Sequence record: NC_048045.1
Length of the DNA stretch: 64,000 nucleotides
Reading direction: 5' to 3' (one strand)
The position numbers and the translations under genes were made by a program. How positions within the stretch are numbered: position 1 is the first letter of the stretch; each line of letters starts with the position of its first letter. This document shows, one piece after another, positions 44,004-53,270 of the stretch. The notes under the pieces are model-generated. The model was not told the DNA's origin. It searched no databases and saw only the letters and a list, made by a program, of their open reading frames with translations.

Positions 44004-45946
44004 GTGTCCATGACCTTCGCGATATTGTCCTCCTTCTCCTTGGCGGCCTGGGCGATGCGCGCGTCGAGCGAGCCGTTGGCCACCAGGAAGAAGCACATGA
44101 TTTTCTCGGCCGTCTGCCCGATCCGGCAGGCGCGGTCCTCGGCCTGCTCGATCAGGGTCGGCGTCCAGTCCCCCTCGGCGAACGCCACGTCGTGCGCCCG
44201 CGTCATGGTGAAGCCTACACCGGCGGCCTGGAGGTTGCAAACGATGACCCGGCAGGTCTCGTCCTCCTGGAACTTGTCGACCTGAAGCTGGCGCTTGTTG
44301 ACGGGGGTCCCGCCGTAAATCATGGCGGGGTTGTAGTCGGCCAGGGCCTCGGCGAGCGCCTTGACAACGTCGGAGTGGTAGGCGAACAGGATCAGCTTGT
44401 CGCCGCCGTCCAGGAAGTTCTTGACCCACGGGATGATCGCCGGGAGCTTGGCCATCCCCAGTTCGCGGCGGACGGCGGCGATCTCCTCGAACAGCACCGC
44501 CACGGCCGGCGGCGCGAGGCCCAGCACGGCGGCGGCATAGTCGAGGTTCAGCGCCCGCGAGTTGGGCTTGTCGGGATCGCCGTCCACGCCCACGGCCTTG
44601 TCGAAGCCGTAGGCCTCGGCCGTCTCCAGGATCGACAGACCCAGGCGGATGTCGCGCTGGTCCTCGGTCTCGTCGTCGCCGGCCAGGACCGAGGACTCGT
44701 AGAGCTTGAGCGCCTGGGAAAGCTCGTCTTCGCGGGCCACCACCTCGCGGATTTCCGGGCTGTCGAGGAGCACGACTTGCCGGAACTTCGGGGGAAGTTC
44801 GGGCAGCACCTCGCGCTTGTTGCGCCGGACCATGAAGGTCGATCGCAGGCGATAGCCTAGCTCCTCCAGGTTCGAGGCGCCGGTGAAGTTGTAGGCCCCG
44901 TTCTTGCCGCGCGTGTTGTCGAACCAGCCCTCGCAGTAGCGATAGCCGTAGTCGTTGTAGCTCTTACCCAGGCCGTCGGGGTCGAAGGCCTTGACGATCG
45001 ACCACATCTCGATCGGGCGGTTCATCATCGGCGTGCCCGACAGGAAGACCCGCCGCTTGGCGTCGACCGGGTTGAACCAGATGTCGGCCAGCACCGGCTC
45101 GCGGTTCTCGGCCTCGGCCTTCTTGATCTCGGCGGCGTTGGCCTCCTTGCGCTTCTTGCGCACGGCCGCCTTGGAGCGGGCGTCCATCTGCTCGCCGCCC
45201 AGGATGAAGATCGTTCGACCACTGTCGGGGGTCTTGATCGCGTGGCACTCGTCGCAGACCAGCAGGTCCCACGGCTGCTCGTGGATTTCCTTGGAGAAGC
45301 GCTCCAGGATGTCGTAGTTGATGATCACCACGTCGGTCTTGGGCCACCAGCGCGGGTGGACGACCTTCTTGAAGCGCGGCTTGCCGTTCTTGTAGAAGCC
45401 GTCGCGCACGGTTTCGCGGTAGCGGGTCTCGGCGATCCCCACCGTCAGGCCCTTGCTGCACCAGAGCTTCCACTCGCGACGCCAGTTCTCCTTCAGCGAC
45501 GCCGGCACCACCACCAGCACGCGGCGGATTTTCTTCATCGCGTTGGAGACGCCGACCGCCTGGATCGTCTTGCCCAGGCCGGGCGGATCGGCAATGAGCG
45601 TGTCGCGCCGGCCCGGCAGGGTGGCGAAGTCGATCCCCGCACGCTGGAACGGCTTGAAGTCCCAGCCCTTGGCCTCGACCGCCTTGGAGATCGGCGGCCA
45701 GAAGTCGCAGTCGGCCTTGTAGGAAAGCTCGCGGCTGATGTTGGCCAGATGCTCGCGCCGGCTCAGTTCGTCGAGCGCGTTGGCCTTCCAGACCACGCCC
45801 GCCACCTTGAGGGCCACGGCGGGATTGTGGGTGATCAGCGCCTTGCGCGGCGGGCTCCAGCTAAAGCCGGCCTCCTGGAACCGCTTGCGGTCTTCCCATT
45901 CGGTGACGGCCCAGAAATAGCCGTCTCGGTAGTCGATAAATGCCAT
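44000..45946 (-). CDS. SNF2-family helicase (HARP/SMARCAL1-like)
   Basis: KPFQRAG, ADPPGLGKT, LVCDECH, LSGTPMMNR, AAGVGFTM, QAEDRACRIGQ. Confidence 0.88.
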   Translation of the reverse strand: MAFIDYRDGYFWAVTEWEDRKRFQEAGFSWSPPRKALITHNPAVALKVAGVVWKANALDELSRREHLANISRELSYKADCDFWPPISKAVEAKGWDFKPFQRAGIDFATLPGRRDTLIADPPGLGKTIQAVGVSNAMKKIRRVLVVVPASLKENWRREWKLWCSKGLTVGIAETRYRETVRDGFYKNGKPRFKKVVHPRWWPKTDVVIINYDILERFSKEIHEQPWDLLVCDECHAIKTPDSGRTIFILGGEQMDARSKAAVRKKRKEANAAEIKKAEAENREPVLADIWFNPVDAKRRVFLSGTPMMNRPIEMWSIVKAFDPDGLGKSYNDYGYRYCEGWFDNTRGKNGAYNFTGASNLEELGYRLRSTFMVRRNKREVLPELPPKFRQVVLLDSPEIREVVAREDELSQALKLYESSVLAGDDETEDQRDIRLGLSILETAEAYGFDKAVGVDGDPDKPNSRALNLDYAAAVLGLAPPAVAVLFEEIAAVRRELGMAKLPAIIPWVKNFLDGGDKLILFAYHSDVVKALAEALADYNPAMIYGGTPVNKRQLQVDKFQEDETCRVIVCNLQAAGVGFTMTRAHDVAFAEGDWTPTLIEQAEDRACRIGQTAEKIMCFFLVANGSLDARIAQAAKEKEDNIAKVMDT

Positions 45947-45973
45947 GGGACCGCACGTGGTTAACGCGCGGCA

Positions 45974-46041
45974 ATGTCGCCCATCACGACGTCACGTGTC
46001 AAGATTCACGACTTGACCAGCGGCGTTAACCATGGCACGGT
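45974..46041. promoter_or_regulatory. Divergent promoter pair with motif and TTAACCAT
   Basis: Minus: GTCGTGAATCTTGACA (46012-45997). Plus: TTGACC-N17-CACGGT with TTAACCAT at 46026-46033. Confidence 0.55.
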
Positions 46042-46084
46042 CGGGGTACGGCTGAGAGATCGGCCGGTCACAAGGAGAACTACC

Positions 46085-46384
46085 ATGACCCTGATCGTCA
46101 AGATCATGTCGGATGAGAACCTGCCCGACACCGACCCCTCCAAGCGCTTCTCGCTTTATGCCGGGGTGAAGTCCTTCCATCCGATCGTCCAGGAGCCTGA
46201 GGTGGCGGGTGGCAAGCCCTACTGCTACCTGCGGCTCTACATCGCCGATCCCGTCAAGACCGCTGCCGTGCCCGGCTTTGTCGAGCATGAGACCTGCGTC
46301 GACGTGGACGGCAACGTCTACGTGATGAACGAGGCCGGCAAGACCATCGCCACCTGGACCCCGCCCTGCGGCGCGCCCAACTAG
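46085..46384 (+). CDS. Hypothetical protein
   Basis: AAGGAG SD, ATG 46085. Confidence 0.65.
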   Translation: MTLIVKIMSDENLPDTDPSKRFSLYAGVKSFHPIVQEPEVAGGKPYCYLRLYIADPVKTAAVPGFVEHETCVDVDGNVYVMNEAGKTIATWTPPCGAPN

Positions 46385-46617
46385 GTCTTCTGCGCTTCCA
46401 GACCCGGATCGTCTTTCCAGGCGGCCGGGTCTTTCTGCCAGCCCATCCGCTCCATGACCGCGTGGCAGTCGAGCGGCGCGCTGCCGTCCTTGGGCTCCTC
46501 GCCCAGGCAGAGGAAGACGAACCGCTTGCCCTTGCTGGCCTTGTAGCGGATGCGCAGATCGCCGTCTTCGGAGACGATCTCGCAGGCGGTCATGTTGACG
46601 ACTTCACCGGGCCTCAT
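46381..46617 (-). CDS. Hypothetical protein
   Basis: ATG overlapping the 3' end of the upstream gene. Confidence 0.55.
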   Translation of the reverse strand: MRPGEVVNMTACEIVSEDGDLRIRYKASKGKRFVFLCLGEEPKDGSAPLDCHAVMERMGWQKDPAAWKDDPGLEAQKT

Positions 46618-46852
46618 TGGCGGCGCCTTCCGGAAGAGGGAGGGGATCAAGGCTCAGGGCCATGCGGGCGAGATTGCGCCAGGGGCGCTTGGAACGGATG
46701 CTGAGCGAGTGCCAGCCCTTGCCGTTGCCTTCGCCCTGCTGGTCGGCGATGTAGAACTGCATCGCCAGCGTCTCGATCGCGGCCTGCTCTTGGAGGGTGA
46801 ATGTCTCGCCCGGCAGGAGGGGGATGCGCGTGGCGTTCTGGAGTGCGGTCAT
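46604..46852 (-). CDS. Hypothetical protein
   Basis: ATGA coupling with the glycosylase stop; AAGGA SD. Confidence 0.55.
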   Translation of the reverse strand: MTALQNATRIPLLPGETFTLQEQAAIETLAMQFYIADQQGEGNGKGWHSLSIRSKRPWRNLARMALSLDPLPLPEGAANEAR

Positions 46853-47421
46853 GCGGCTTCCTTGATTTCCCGAGCGCGCTCGGTCCAGATCATCAGGTCG
46901 TAGTCGGCCGGGCTCATCCCGGCGGCGTCGGCAAGGCCCAGGAAGGCCTCCTCCAGGCGGCGATAGACCTTCGGGTTGCCCGGCGTCACCTTGGGCGCTT
47001 CCACCCCGTTCTGGGCCAGATGCGCGAGGATGTGGGTGTCCAGGGCCGACAGGCGTTGGTCGGCGCGCGAGTGCAGCAGGAAGAACCGGGCGGTCTTGGG
47101 GCCAACCCCGTGGATGGCCTCGAACTTCTCGACCGGGTCGTGACGCAGGTCCAGGCCCCAGGCGCTCTGGGCGAAGCAGGCTTCCAGCCGGGCGTATTGG
47201 CCGATGCCGAACATCTCCATGTAGGCGCGCAGCTTGTTCTCGAAGATCGCGCAGCGCAGCTTGTCGAACGGCGTGGTCCCGACCATGGCGTGGAGCATCT
47301 GGTCGAGCTTGCGGGCCTGGATGTCGGCGGTCTTGCCCGCGACGATGCAGCAGAACAGCCACCACTCTTCCAGTTCCGCGTCGGTGCGGTCGAACTTGGT
47401 CACGTCACGCGGGTCGATCAT
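46849..47421 (-). CDS. HhH-GPD DNA glycosylase (OGG/EndoIII-like)
   Basis: IHGVGPKTARFFLL helix-hairpin-helix with Lys, followed by ALDTHIL (catalytic Asp). Confidence 0.75.
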   Translation of the reverse strand: MIDPRDVTKFDRTDAELEEWWLFCCIVAGKTADIQARKLDQMLHAMVGTTPFDKLRCAIFENKLRAYMEMFGIGQYARLEACFAQSAWGLDLRHDPVEKFEAIHGVGPKTARFFLLHSRADQRLSALDTHILAHLAQNGVEAPKVTPGNPKVYRRLEEAFLGLADAAGMSPADYDLMIWTERAREIKEAA

Positions 47422-47424
47422 GGG

Positions 47425-47880
47425 TCACTTCTTGTACTTTTTGGCGTGCTGGCGGCCTTTCCAGGACACCTTATAGCCGCCGATCTTGCGCCAGCCGCCG
47501 CAACAGGGCGAGCCGCAGTCGCAACGTTCGTGCGCCTCCTCGACCAAGCCGCGCTGGTGGAGGTTGTGCATGTGCGAGCCCTTGAACGGCGTGGGCGCTG
47601 GCCTGACCTTGTCGTCCGCCGCCATCTCGATCAGCAGCCACTTTGGACCGTCGATCTCGCACTGGCGACAGATGTGCTCGTCCTCGGCGGCGAACATCGC
47701 TTCGGTCTCGGCCTGTGAGCGCACGAGAGCGGAGAACTGCTCGTCCGTGTACGCGCCACTGATGTAGCGCTCGACGACGACCTCCCGCTTCAGCGTCCGG
47801 CCGCAGGTCTTGCAGGCGCAGGTGTAGCCCACCTTGGCCGTGAAGCGATCGACGTCGTCGTGGACAGCGTAACCGGCCAT
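47425..47880 (-). CDS. Hypothetical Cys-rich (Zn-binding) protein
   Basis: CACKTC, ICRQC, CDCGSPCC. Confidence 0.55.
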   Translation of the reverse strand: MAGYAVHDDVDRFTAKVGYTCACKTCGRTLKREVVVERYISGAYTDEQFSALVRSQAETEAMFAAEDEHICRQCEIDGPKWLLIEMAADDKVRPAPTPFKGSHMHNLHQRGLVEEAHERCDCGSPCCGGWRKIGGYKVSWKGRQHAKKYKK

Positions 47881-47882
47881 GG

Positions 47883-48332
47883 CTAGAGGTGGGGCGCCAG
47901 TTCGCGTTCCAGGCGGTCGAGTTCGCCGCGCTTGTGGAGTTCGGAGACGCGATGCAGGGCGATGATCTTCTGCTCGATGTAGGTCATGGTCGCCGGCGCC
48001 CGCGTGGGCAGTTCCGACAGGCCCGTGCCGATCCCGTCGGACGGGTAGACCACGATGCCGCCCTTCTTGACGTGCTCGAACAACGGACGGAAATCCTCGT
48101 CGATCGTCCGGCACTGGGCGTCGGTGGCGATCGGATCGTCGCCGAAGAAGTCGGTGGCGTGCATGCCCGGCGTGCGCTTGGTCGCCACGCCGATGGCGTT
48201 TGGCTCGCCACGCATGTGGCCGGCCTGCCCGCCCATCCCCTGGCGGATCATGTTGTCGCCGAAGACGTAGAGGACGTCGGGGTTGCGGCGCAGGTCTTCG
48301 CGGAAAATGCGGTGCTGGTAGATGACGGGCAT
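47883..48332 (-). CDS. Hypothetical protein, possible macrodomain-like fold
   Basis: LYVFGDN...GMGGQA...NAIGVATK and PSDGIGTGL resemble macro-type Gly-rich loops (recognition from memory). Confidence 0.5.
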   Translation of the reverse strand: MPVIYQHRIFREDLRRNPDVLYVFGDNMIRQGMGGQAGHMRGEPNAIGVATKRTPGMHATDFFGDDPIATDAQCRTIDEDFRPLFEHVKKGGIVVYPSDGIGTGLSELPTRAPATMTYIEQKIIALHRVSELHKRGELDRLERELAPHL

Positions 48333-48393
48333 GGAAGCGATCCTTCAAGGTGGAAGAGGGGCCGGCGGGCCGGCCCTCGGGTTGCAGGGTGGA

Positions 48394-49953
48394 CTAGGCG
48401 CCGTGGGTGGCGACGTAGGCCTTGGCGTAGGCTTCGCGGTAGACGTCCTCGTAGGTGACGCCGGCGTCGTTCTCGCCCAGGTCCTCGAACGTCTCGAAGG
48501 CGCCGCCGCGCGAGGGCACGAGATTGAAGCCGTCGGTGTCGCCCTGGGCGTCCTGGCGGCCGTCATAGTCGCCGGCCAGCTTGGCGAAGGTGGTGTGATT
48601 GGCGTTCACCACCGCATCGAAGGCGTCGTCGTAGATCGTCGTGAAGTCGCCCGACGCGTCGATCTCCGATTCGTCGATCACGTCGCGGCGCTCGCCGTCG
48701 GTCGAGTTGTCGATCAGATCGATGATCGCATCGATCTTCTTGTCCTCGTCGCTGTTGGCGAGGATGTCGGCGATGAACTTCTCGGCGTCCTCCGTGCCCC
48801 AGGACTTGGCCATGGTCTCGGCCAGATCACGATCGTTGGCGGCGAAGCCGTTGGCGTCGTAGACCGGGCTCTCGGCGGTCGTGTCGTCCTTGGCGTCGTC
48901 TTCAGCGGCGGCCGAGAAACCCACGCCATAGCCGGACACATAGCCCTCCGAGTACGCCTGCCGGGCCGAGTCGGGGCCGTCGGTGAGTTCGCCCGGCAGA
49001 TCGAAAGACGCGTCGTACTCGTAGCCGTTGTCGAGGTCGGCCGCGCCCGCCTTCAGGCCGGCGTCGTGACCGATCTTGGCCCAGTCGACCACCGCTTCGG
49101 GAGCCTCGGTGGTGATCACGCCGTCCGCCGCCGTGGCGTCGGTCTCGATCTCGGGGTCCTGCTCAGGCGGGGTGTTGGCCTTCTCTTCGGCGTAGCGGCG
49201 CTCGACCGCCGACTGGAAGTAGTTGACCGCGTCGGCCTCGGGGATTTCGCCCAGGACCTTCATCTCGCAGCAGCGCAGCTTGGTGAGGTTGTAGTCGGTC
49301 GGGATCGCCGTGACGTCCTTGGGGTTGATCTCGACGATGATGATCTTGCCCCGGCCGCCGTGGAACGACTGGAGATAGTCGAACGAGCAGGCGTGCAGAC
49401 CGCGCGAGCAGGTCTGGTTGCGATTGGGATCGCACTTGTCGCGGTCCATCGAGACCGTGCTGCCGATCTTGTACTCGACGGTGTGCGAGTGCAGGTCGAA
49501 GTAGTCTTCGCCCACGCGCTTGAAGGCGTGGAACATGCCGTCCGGGGTCAGCGGGTTGCGGCCCTTCTCCAGGAAGGCGTAGAGATCGGCGGCGATCGAC
49601 TTGTCGGGGTTGAGGTCGACGTTGGCGATGAAGTTGGTCAGCGGCTCCATGTCGAAGCCTTCCGCCAGCACGCGCTTGAAGGTGCCGGCCGCCACGTAGT
49701 CGACGACCTTGCCGTCCAGGCGCAGGCGGTCGCGGTCGTCCAGGATGACGCGGCCGAACGAGTGGGCCGCCACATAGGCCGCCACGTCGGCGATCAGCCG
49801 GATTTCGTCGATGTCCTGCGGGACCTTCTTGACGGCTTCCTCCAGCTTCTTGCCCTGCGACGAGCCGCGCGGGAAGGAGCGGTAGCGCCCGTCCAGGGTA
49901 ATCGAGATCGCGTCGACGGTGATCGTCACGGCGACCTTCGCTTGGGTAGTCAT
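48394..49953 (-). CDS. rIIB: T4 rIIB-like protein with acidic C-terminal extension
   Basis: PLTPDGMFHAFKRV, CSRGLHAC, EINPKDVTAIPTDYN, KLRCC; adjacent to rIIA. Confidence 0.85.
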   Translation of the reverse strand: MTTQAKVAVTITVDAISITLDGRYRSFPRGSSQGKKLEEAVKKVPQDIDEIRLIADVAAYVAAHSFGRVILDDRDRLRLDGKVVDYVAAGTFKRVLAEGFDMEPLTNFIANVDLNPDKSIAADLYAFLEKGRNPLTPDGMFHAFKRVGEDYFDLHSHTVEYKIGSTVSMDRDKCDPNRNQTCSRGLHACSFDYLQSFHGGRGKIIIVEINPKDVTAIPTDYNLTKLRCCEMKVLGEIPEADAVNYFQSAVERRYAEEKANTPPEQDPEIETDATAADGVITTEAPEAVVDWAKIGHDAGLKAGAADLDNGYEYDASFDLPGELTDGPDSARQAYSEGYVSGYGVGFSAAAEDDAKDDTTAESPVYDANGFAANDRDLAETMAKSWGTEDAEKFIADILANSDEDKKIDAIIDLIDNSTDGERRDVIDESEIDASGDFTTIYDDAFDAVVNANHTTFAKLAGDYDGRQDAQGDTDGFNLVPSRGGAFETFEDLGENDAGVTYEDVYREAYAKAYVATHGA

Positions 49954-49974
49954 GGGAGACTCCTTGCTCGCGGC

Positions 49975-52098
49975 TTAGTAGCTGCCGAACTTCAGGTTGA
50001 GAGGGATGGTGCGGATCAGGGCTTCCAGGGCCTTGGTGCAGGCGGTCACCTGCTCGGTCGAGGTCGCATGATTCATGGTGTCGAGGAACTTGCGGATCGG
50101 GTGGTTGGTGTTGGCGTTCAGCTTGGTGTGCCCGTCCTCGAACGTCTTGGTCAGTTCCGAGCGCGGCGGTGCCTTGAACTGGCCCTCCACCTCGTAGAGC
50201 GCCTTGATGAAGGAGCGCTCGCGCTCGGTCCACTCGACGAGACCGGCGTCCAGCAGCGGCTTGAGCGCGCCGAAGTAGGCCGCGACCGGCGACTTCATCC
50301 GCGTCAGGCGGTCGAAGTCGGCCGGGCACTTGCTGATCGCCCGGCTGTAGAAGCTGTAGGACGTCGACGAGGTCGAGAGCTTCTGGACGGCCACGACGCA
50401 GTCATCCAGACCGATGTTGTGCTTGGCCTTGACCGCCGCGTCGATCGCCTCGCGCATGGTCGGGACCTTGGCGTCCTCGACGTGCTTCTGAGCGGTGGGC
50501 GAGGCGATGTAGATGTTCTTGATGCCGTACTTGTTGGCGACGACGAAGACGTCCTCGGCCTTCTTGCGGTACAGGTCCGACGACACCCAGGCCACCGTGC
50601 CGGCAGGGAAGGTGTCGACGCCGGTCACCGCCATCTGCTCGCCCGCGCGCTTGGCCAGGGCCAGACCCCGGATCGGCGGCACGTAGGCGGGCGCGTCCTT
50701 GCTGACCTTGTCGCGGCGCGGGACCTCGCCCTTCAGAGTGGCCACGTCGATGTCCTCGAACTTGGCGGTCGGCAGGGCGCAGTTCCAGAAGGCCTTGTCC
50801 TTGTCGAAGCCCAGCATGAACACGCCGTCTTTCAGGCTCTTGCTCTCCAGGTAGAGGCGCAGGATGCGCGCAAGGCGCCGCGTCTCGCTCTGGGAGAATT
50901 CGCGCTTGGTTGTATCGTCGCGCGACGGGTCAAGCAGGTCGGAGATGTCGCGCAGGACAAGGAAGTGAGTGTCGGTCTTCTGGTTCAGGTCGAGCGTGTT
51001 CTCGATCCGGTAGCCCCAGCGCTCGCGGTGCTGGTCGAACGAGGCCTTGTAGAGGCAGGCCACGCCGGGGAAGGAGATCGTCGTGCCGTCCAGGCCCGTC
51101 GCCGGGTGCTTGGGACGGCTGTTGATGAACGGCGGGCGCAGCTTGTTGTGGGTCGTGAAGAACTCGGTGACCGACTCGATGTCCTTGATCTTGACCCAGA
51201 TCGCCGCCTCGACCTCCTGGCTGATGGACTCGATCGTGTCTTGCAGGACCTTGACCGCCTCGGGCTTGTACTGGATTTCTTCGCGCGACGGAATGGGCTC
51301 GACCGTGCCCATCGGGACGGTGATCAGCCACTTGCGGCCGTTGTCGTGCGGCAGGTTCAGGCCACCTTTGGCGGCCAGCGGGTAGATGGCGCAGCCCTGG
51401 CGCACGTTCCAGGTCGCCGGCAGTGCCGAGTCCGCATAGGCGGCCCAGACGCCGTTGGCGGCTTCGAACTGCGTCGTGCCCAGCGGGGTCCCCAGGTCGA
51501 TGTTGCTGTCGTACATGGGGATGAAGCCCATGGCGACGTTCTTGACGGCGCGCTCGAAGGCGGCGAAGTCCTTGCTGTCGACCGCGACGGTGACCCGCAC
51601 GCCGGCCGGCTCCGAACAGTCCTCGGTGCCCTGAAGCATGACGCGCGGCACACCGCCCTTGCCGATCGCGGCGGTGTAATGGCGCACGACGTCGCCGTCG
51701 TAGCAGGACAGGGCGAATTGGCTGGTGTAGGCGAAGGGGCTCTTGGAGCCCAGGCCGAAGGCGCCGGTGAGATCGTCGGTCTCGTCCTTGTCCGACTCGA
51801 ACAGGGTCGAGTAGAGGTGCATGACCTTGCCGTGGTCCATGCCGGGGCCGTAGTCGCGCACGTAGAATTCGGGGCGCATCTCGTTGGGGACGTGGACGAA
51901 GAAGCTGCCGGGGTAGCCGGCGACGATATGGGCGTCCTGGGCGTTCGAGCAGATTTCGCGGACCAGCGAGCCGATCTTGTCCGAATAGAGCCCGTCGATC
52001 AGCATCTTGAACGCTTTGCCGGAGGCCTTGATCCGGAACTCCTGCTCCTCCTCAACGCCAATGGTTTCGAGGAAGACCGGTTCGGTGGCAAGACGCAT
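49975..52098 (-). CDS. rIIA: T4 rIIA-like protein (GHKL ATPase)
   Basis: LYSDKIGSLVREICSNAQDAH, RDYGPGM, GAFGLGSKSPFAY. Confidence 0.87.
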   Translation of the reverse strand: MRLATEPVFLETIGVEEEQEFRIKASGKAFKMLIDGLYSDKIGSLVREICSNAQDAHIVAGYPGSFFVHVPNEMRPEFYVRDYGPGMDHGKVMHLYSTLFESDKDETDDLTGAFGLGSKSPFAYTSQFALSCYDGDVVRHYTAAIGKGGVPRVMLQGTEDCSEPAGVRVTVAVDSKDFAAFERAVKNVAMGFIPMYDSNIDLGTPLGTTQFEAANGVWAAYADSALPATWNVRQGCAIYPLAAKGGLNLPHDNGRKWLITVPMGTVEPIPSREEIQYKPEAVKVLQDTIESISQEVEAAIWVKIKDIESVTEFFTTHNKLRPPFINSRPKHPATGLDGTTISFPGVACLYKASFDQHRERWGYRIENTLDLNQKTDTHFLVLRDISDLLDPSRDDTTKREFSQSETRRLARILRLYLESKSLKDGVFMLGFDKDKAFWNCALPTAKFEDIDVATLKGEVPRRDKVSKDAPAYVPPIRGLALAKRAGEQMAVTGVDTFPAGTVAWVSSDLYRKKAEDVFVVANKYGIKNIYIASPTAQKHVEDAKVPTMREAIDAAVKAKHNIGLDDCVVAVQKLSTSSTSYSFYSRAISKCPADFDRLTRMKSPVAAYFGALKPLLDAGLVEWTERERSFIKALYEVEGQFKAPPRSELTKTFEDGHTKLNANTNHPIRKFLDTMNHATSTEQVTACTKALEALIRTIPLNLKFGSY

Positions 52099-52137
52099 AG
52101 TCAACTCCAGGGGTTGGGATCAGTGATGTCGCCGATC

Positions 52138-52226
52138 CTTCTAGCTACCGCCTCCGGTTCTGTCAACACACTCGATCCGGCTTTTTGGTCGTGAATCTTG
52201 ACGTTCGCGCGCGGGTCAGGCACAAT
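52138..52226. promoter_or_regulatory. Divergent promoters
   Basis: Minus: TTGACA-N17-TAGAAG (52166-52138). Plus: GTCGTGAATCTTGACG-N17-CACAAT (52188-52226). Confidence 0.6.
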
Positions 52227-52232
52227 TTTCGC

Positions 52233-52481
52233 ATGTGGTCAATCCGCAACATCACGTCCGAAGCCTCCCACTCGATTCGCACCTGCACCTCCAAGGACTA
52301 CCCGTGGCCTGAGCGGGGGTCGGAGGGCTGCATTTGCCGCGAACCGGGCGCGCGCCGCGACCGGGACTTCATGTTGCTGGTCGATCGCCATGGCGAGATT
52401 CAATGGTACGCGAGGACGACATGCCCGATCCACGGCCCGAAGATCACGACGGTGGACGTCGCAACAAAATCCACGACCTGA
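52233..52481 (+). CDS. Hypothetical protein (probably leaderless mRNA)
   Basis: ATG 7 nt after the -10; CIC...CPIH motif. Confidence 0.5.
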   Translation: MWSIRNITSEASHSIRTCTSKDYPWPERGSEGCICREPGARRDRDFMLLVDRHGEIQWYARTTCPIHGPKITTVDVATKSTT

Positions 52482-52828
52482 TCGTCGGTGACCCGCGCGA
52501 GGACCCGCGCTACAACCGCAAGCTCAGCAACCGCGACAAGACCGCCTTCCTCTGCGGGGTCCTGCGCCATCCGCCCCAGGCGTTCGACCTGGACCTGCCG
52601 TTCCCGGTCGAGGACTGGGTTGCCTCGGACGACAACTCCCTGATCGTGGCCGGCCTCTACCTGTCGGACCTGCGGCTCCAGTTCTACGACGCCCTGGAAG
52701 TCAAGCCCGAGGACGAGCACGGCTTCGTGCGCCAGGGCGAGGCCGAGTTCTGGCACCATGCCTTCAACGTCATGGTCGAGCGCCGCAGCCACGGCGTGCT
52801 GGTCTCCGACGGGCGCGTGCTCAATTGA
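52421..52828 (+). CDS. Hypothetical protein
   Basis: GAGGA SD, ATG 52421, GC3-rich codons. Confidence 0.55.
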   Translation: MPDPRPEDHDGGRRNKIHDLIVGDPREDPRYNRKLSNRDKTAFLCGVLRHPPQAFDLDLPFPVEDWVASDDNSLIVAGLYLSDLRLQFYDALEVKPEDEHGFVRQGEAEFWHHAFNVMVERRSHGVLVSDGRVLN

Positions 52829-53196
52829 CCCTGCTCTATGACGGCGCCCTGGAAGGCAACTGCGTCGGCCGCTTCGTGCGCGCCGGCCAGACCTTCGACG
52901 TCATTCGCCCCGGCTACGACGCCCAGGGCGTCAAGCGCCAGACCTGGACCCAGATCATCCATGAGGGTGTGCCGGTCTTCGAGGTCAAGGTCCGCACCGA
53001 CCTCGACAACGTGATCGACCGCTTCGACACGCTCTGGGAGCGCCACATCGGCGATGACGCCGACTTCCTGGCCCGCGCCCTGGCCTCGGTCAAGCGCGAG
53101 CGGACCTCCAAGTTCCGCGACGGCAAGTCCGGCGTCGCCCCGGCCCCGACCCTGGTCCACGACGATCATCCCTACCCGCCGCACTATGTCGCATAA
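52825..53196 (+). CDS. Hypothetical protein
   Basis: TTG start overlapping the upstream TGA. Confidence 0.6.
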   Translation: MTLLYDGALEGNCVGRFVRAGQTFDVIRPGYDAQGVKRQTWTQIIHEGVPVFEVKVRTDLDNVIDRFDTLWERHIGDDADFLARALASVKRERTSKFRDGKSGVAPAPTLVHDDHPYPPHYVA

Positions 53197-53212
53197 TGTT
53201 GGCGCGAGACTG

Positions 53213-53241
53213 TTGACACCTCTGATTTTGTGACATAGAAG
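53213..53241 (+). promoter_or_regulatory. Sigma70-type promoter of the recombinase operon
   Basis: TTGACA-N17-TAGAAG. Confidence 0.6.
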
Positions 53242-53270
53242 CCTCCTCGACGACAACGAAGGAGGCTTTC

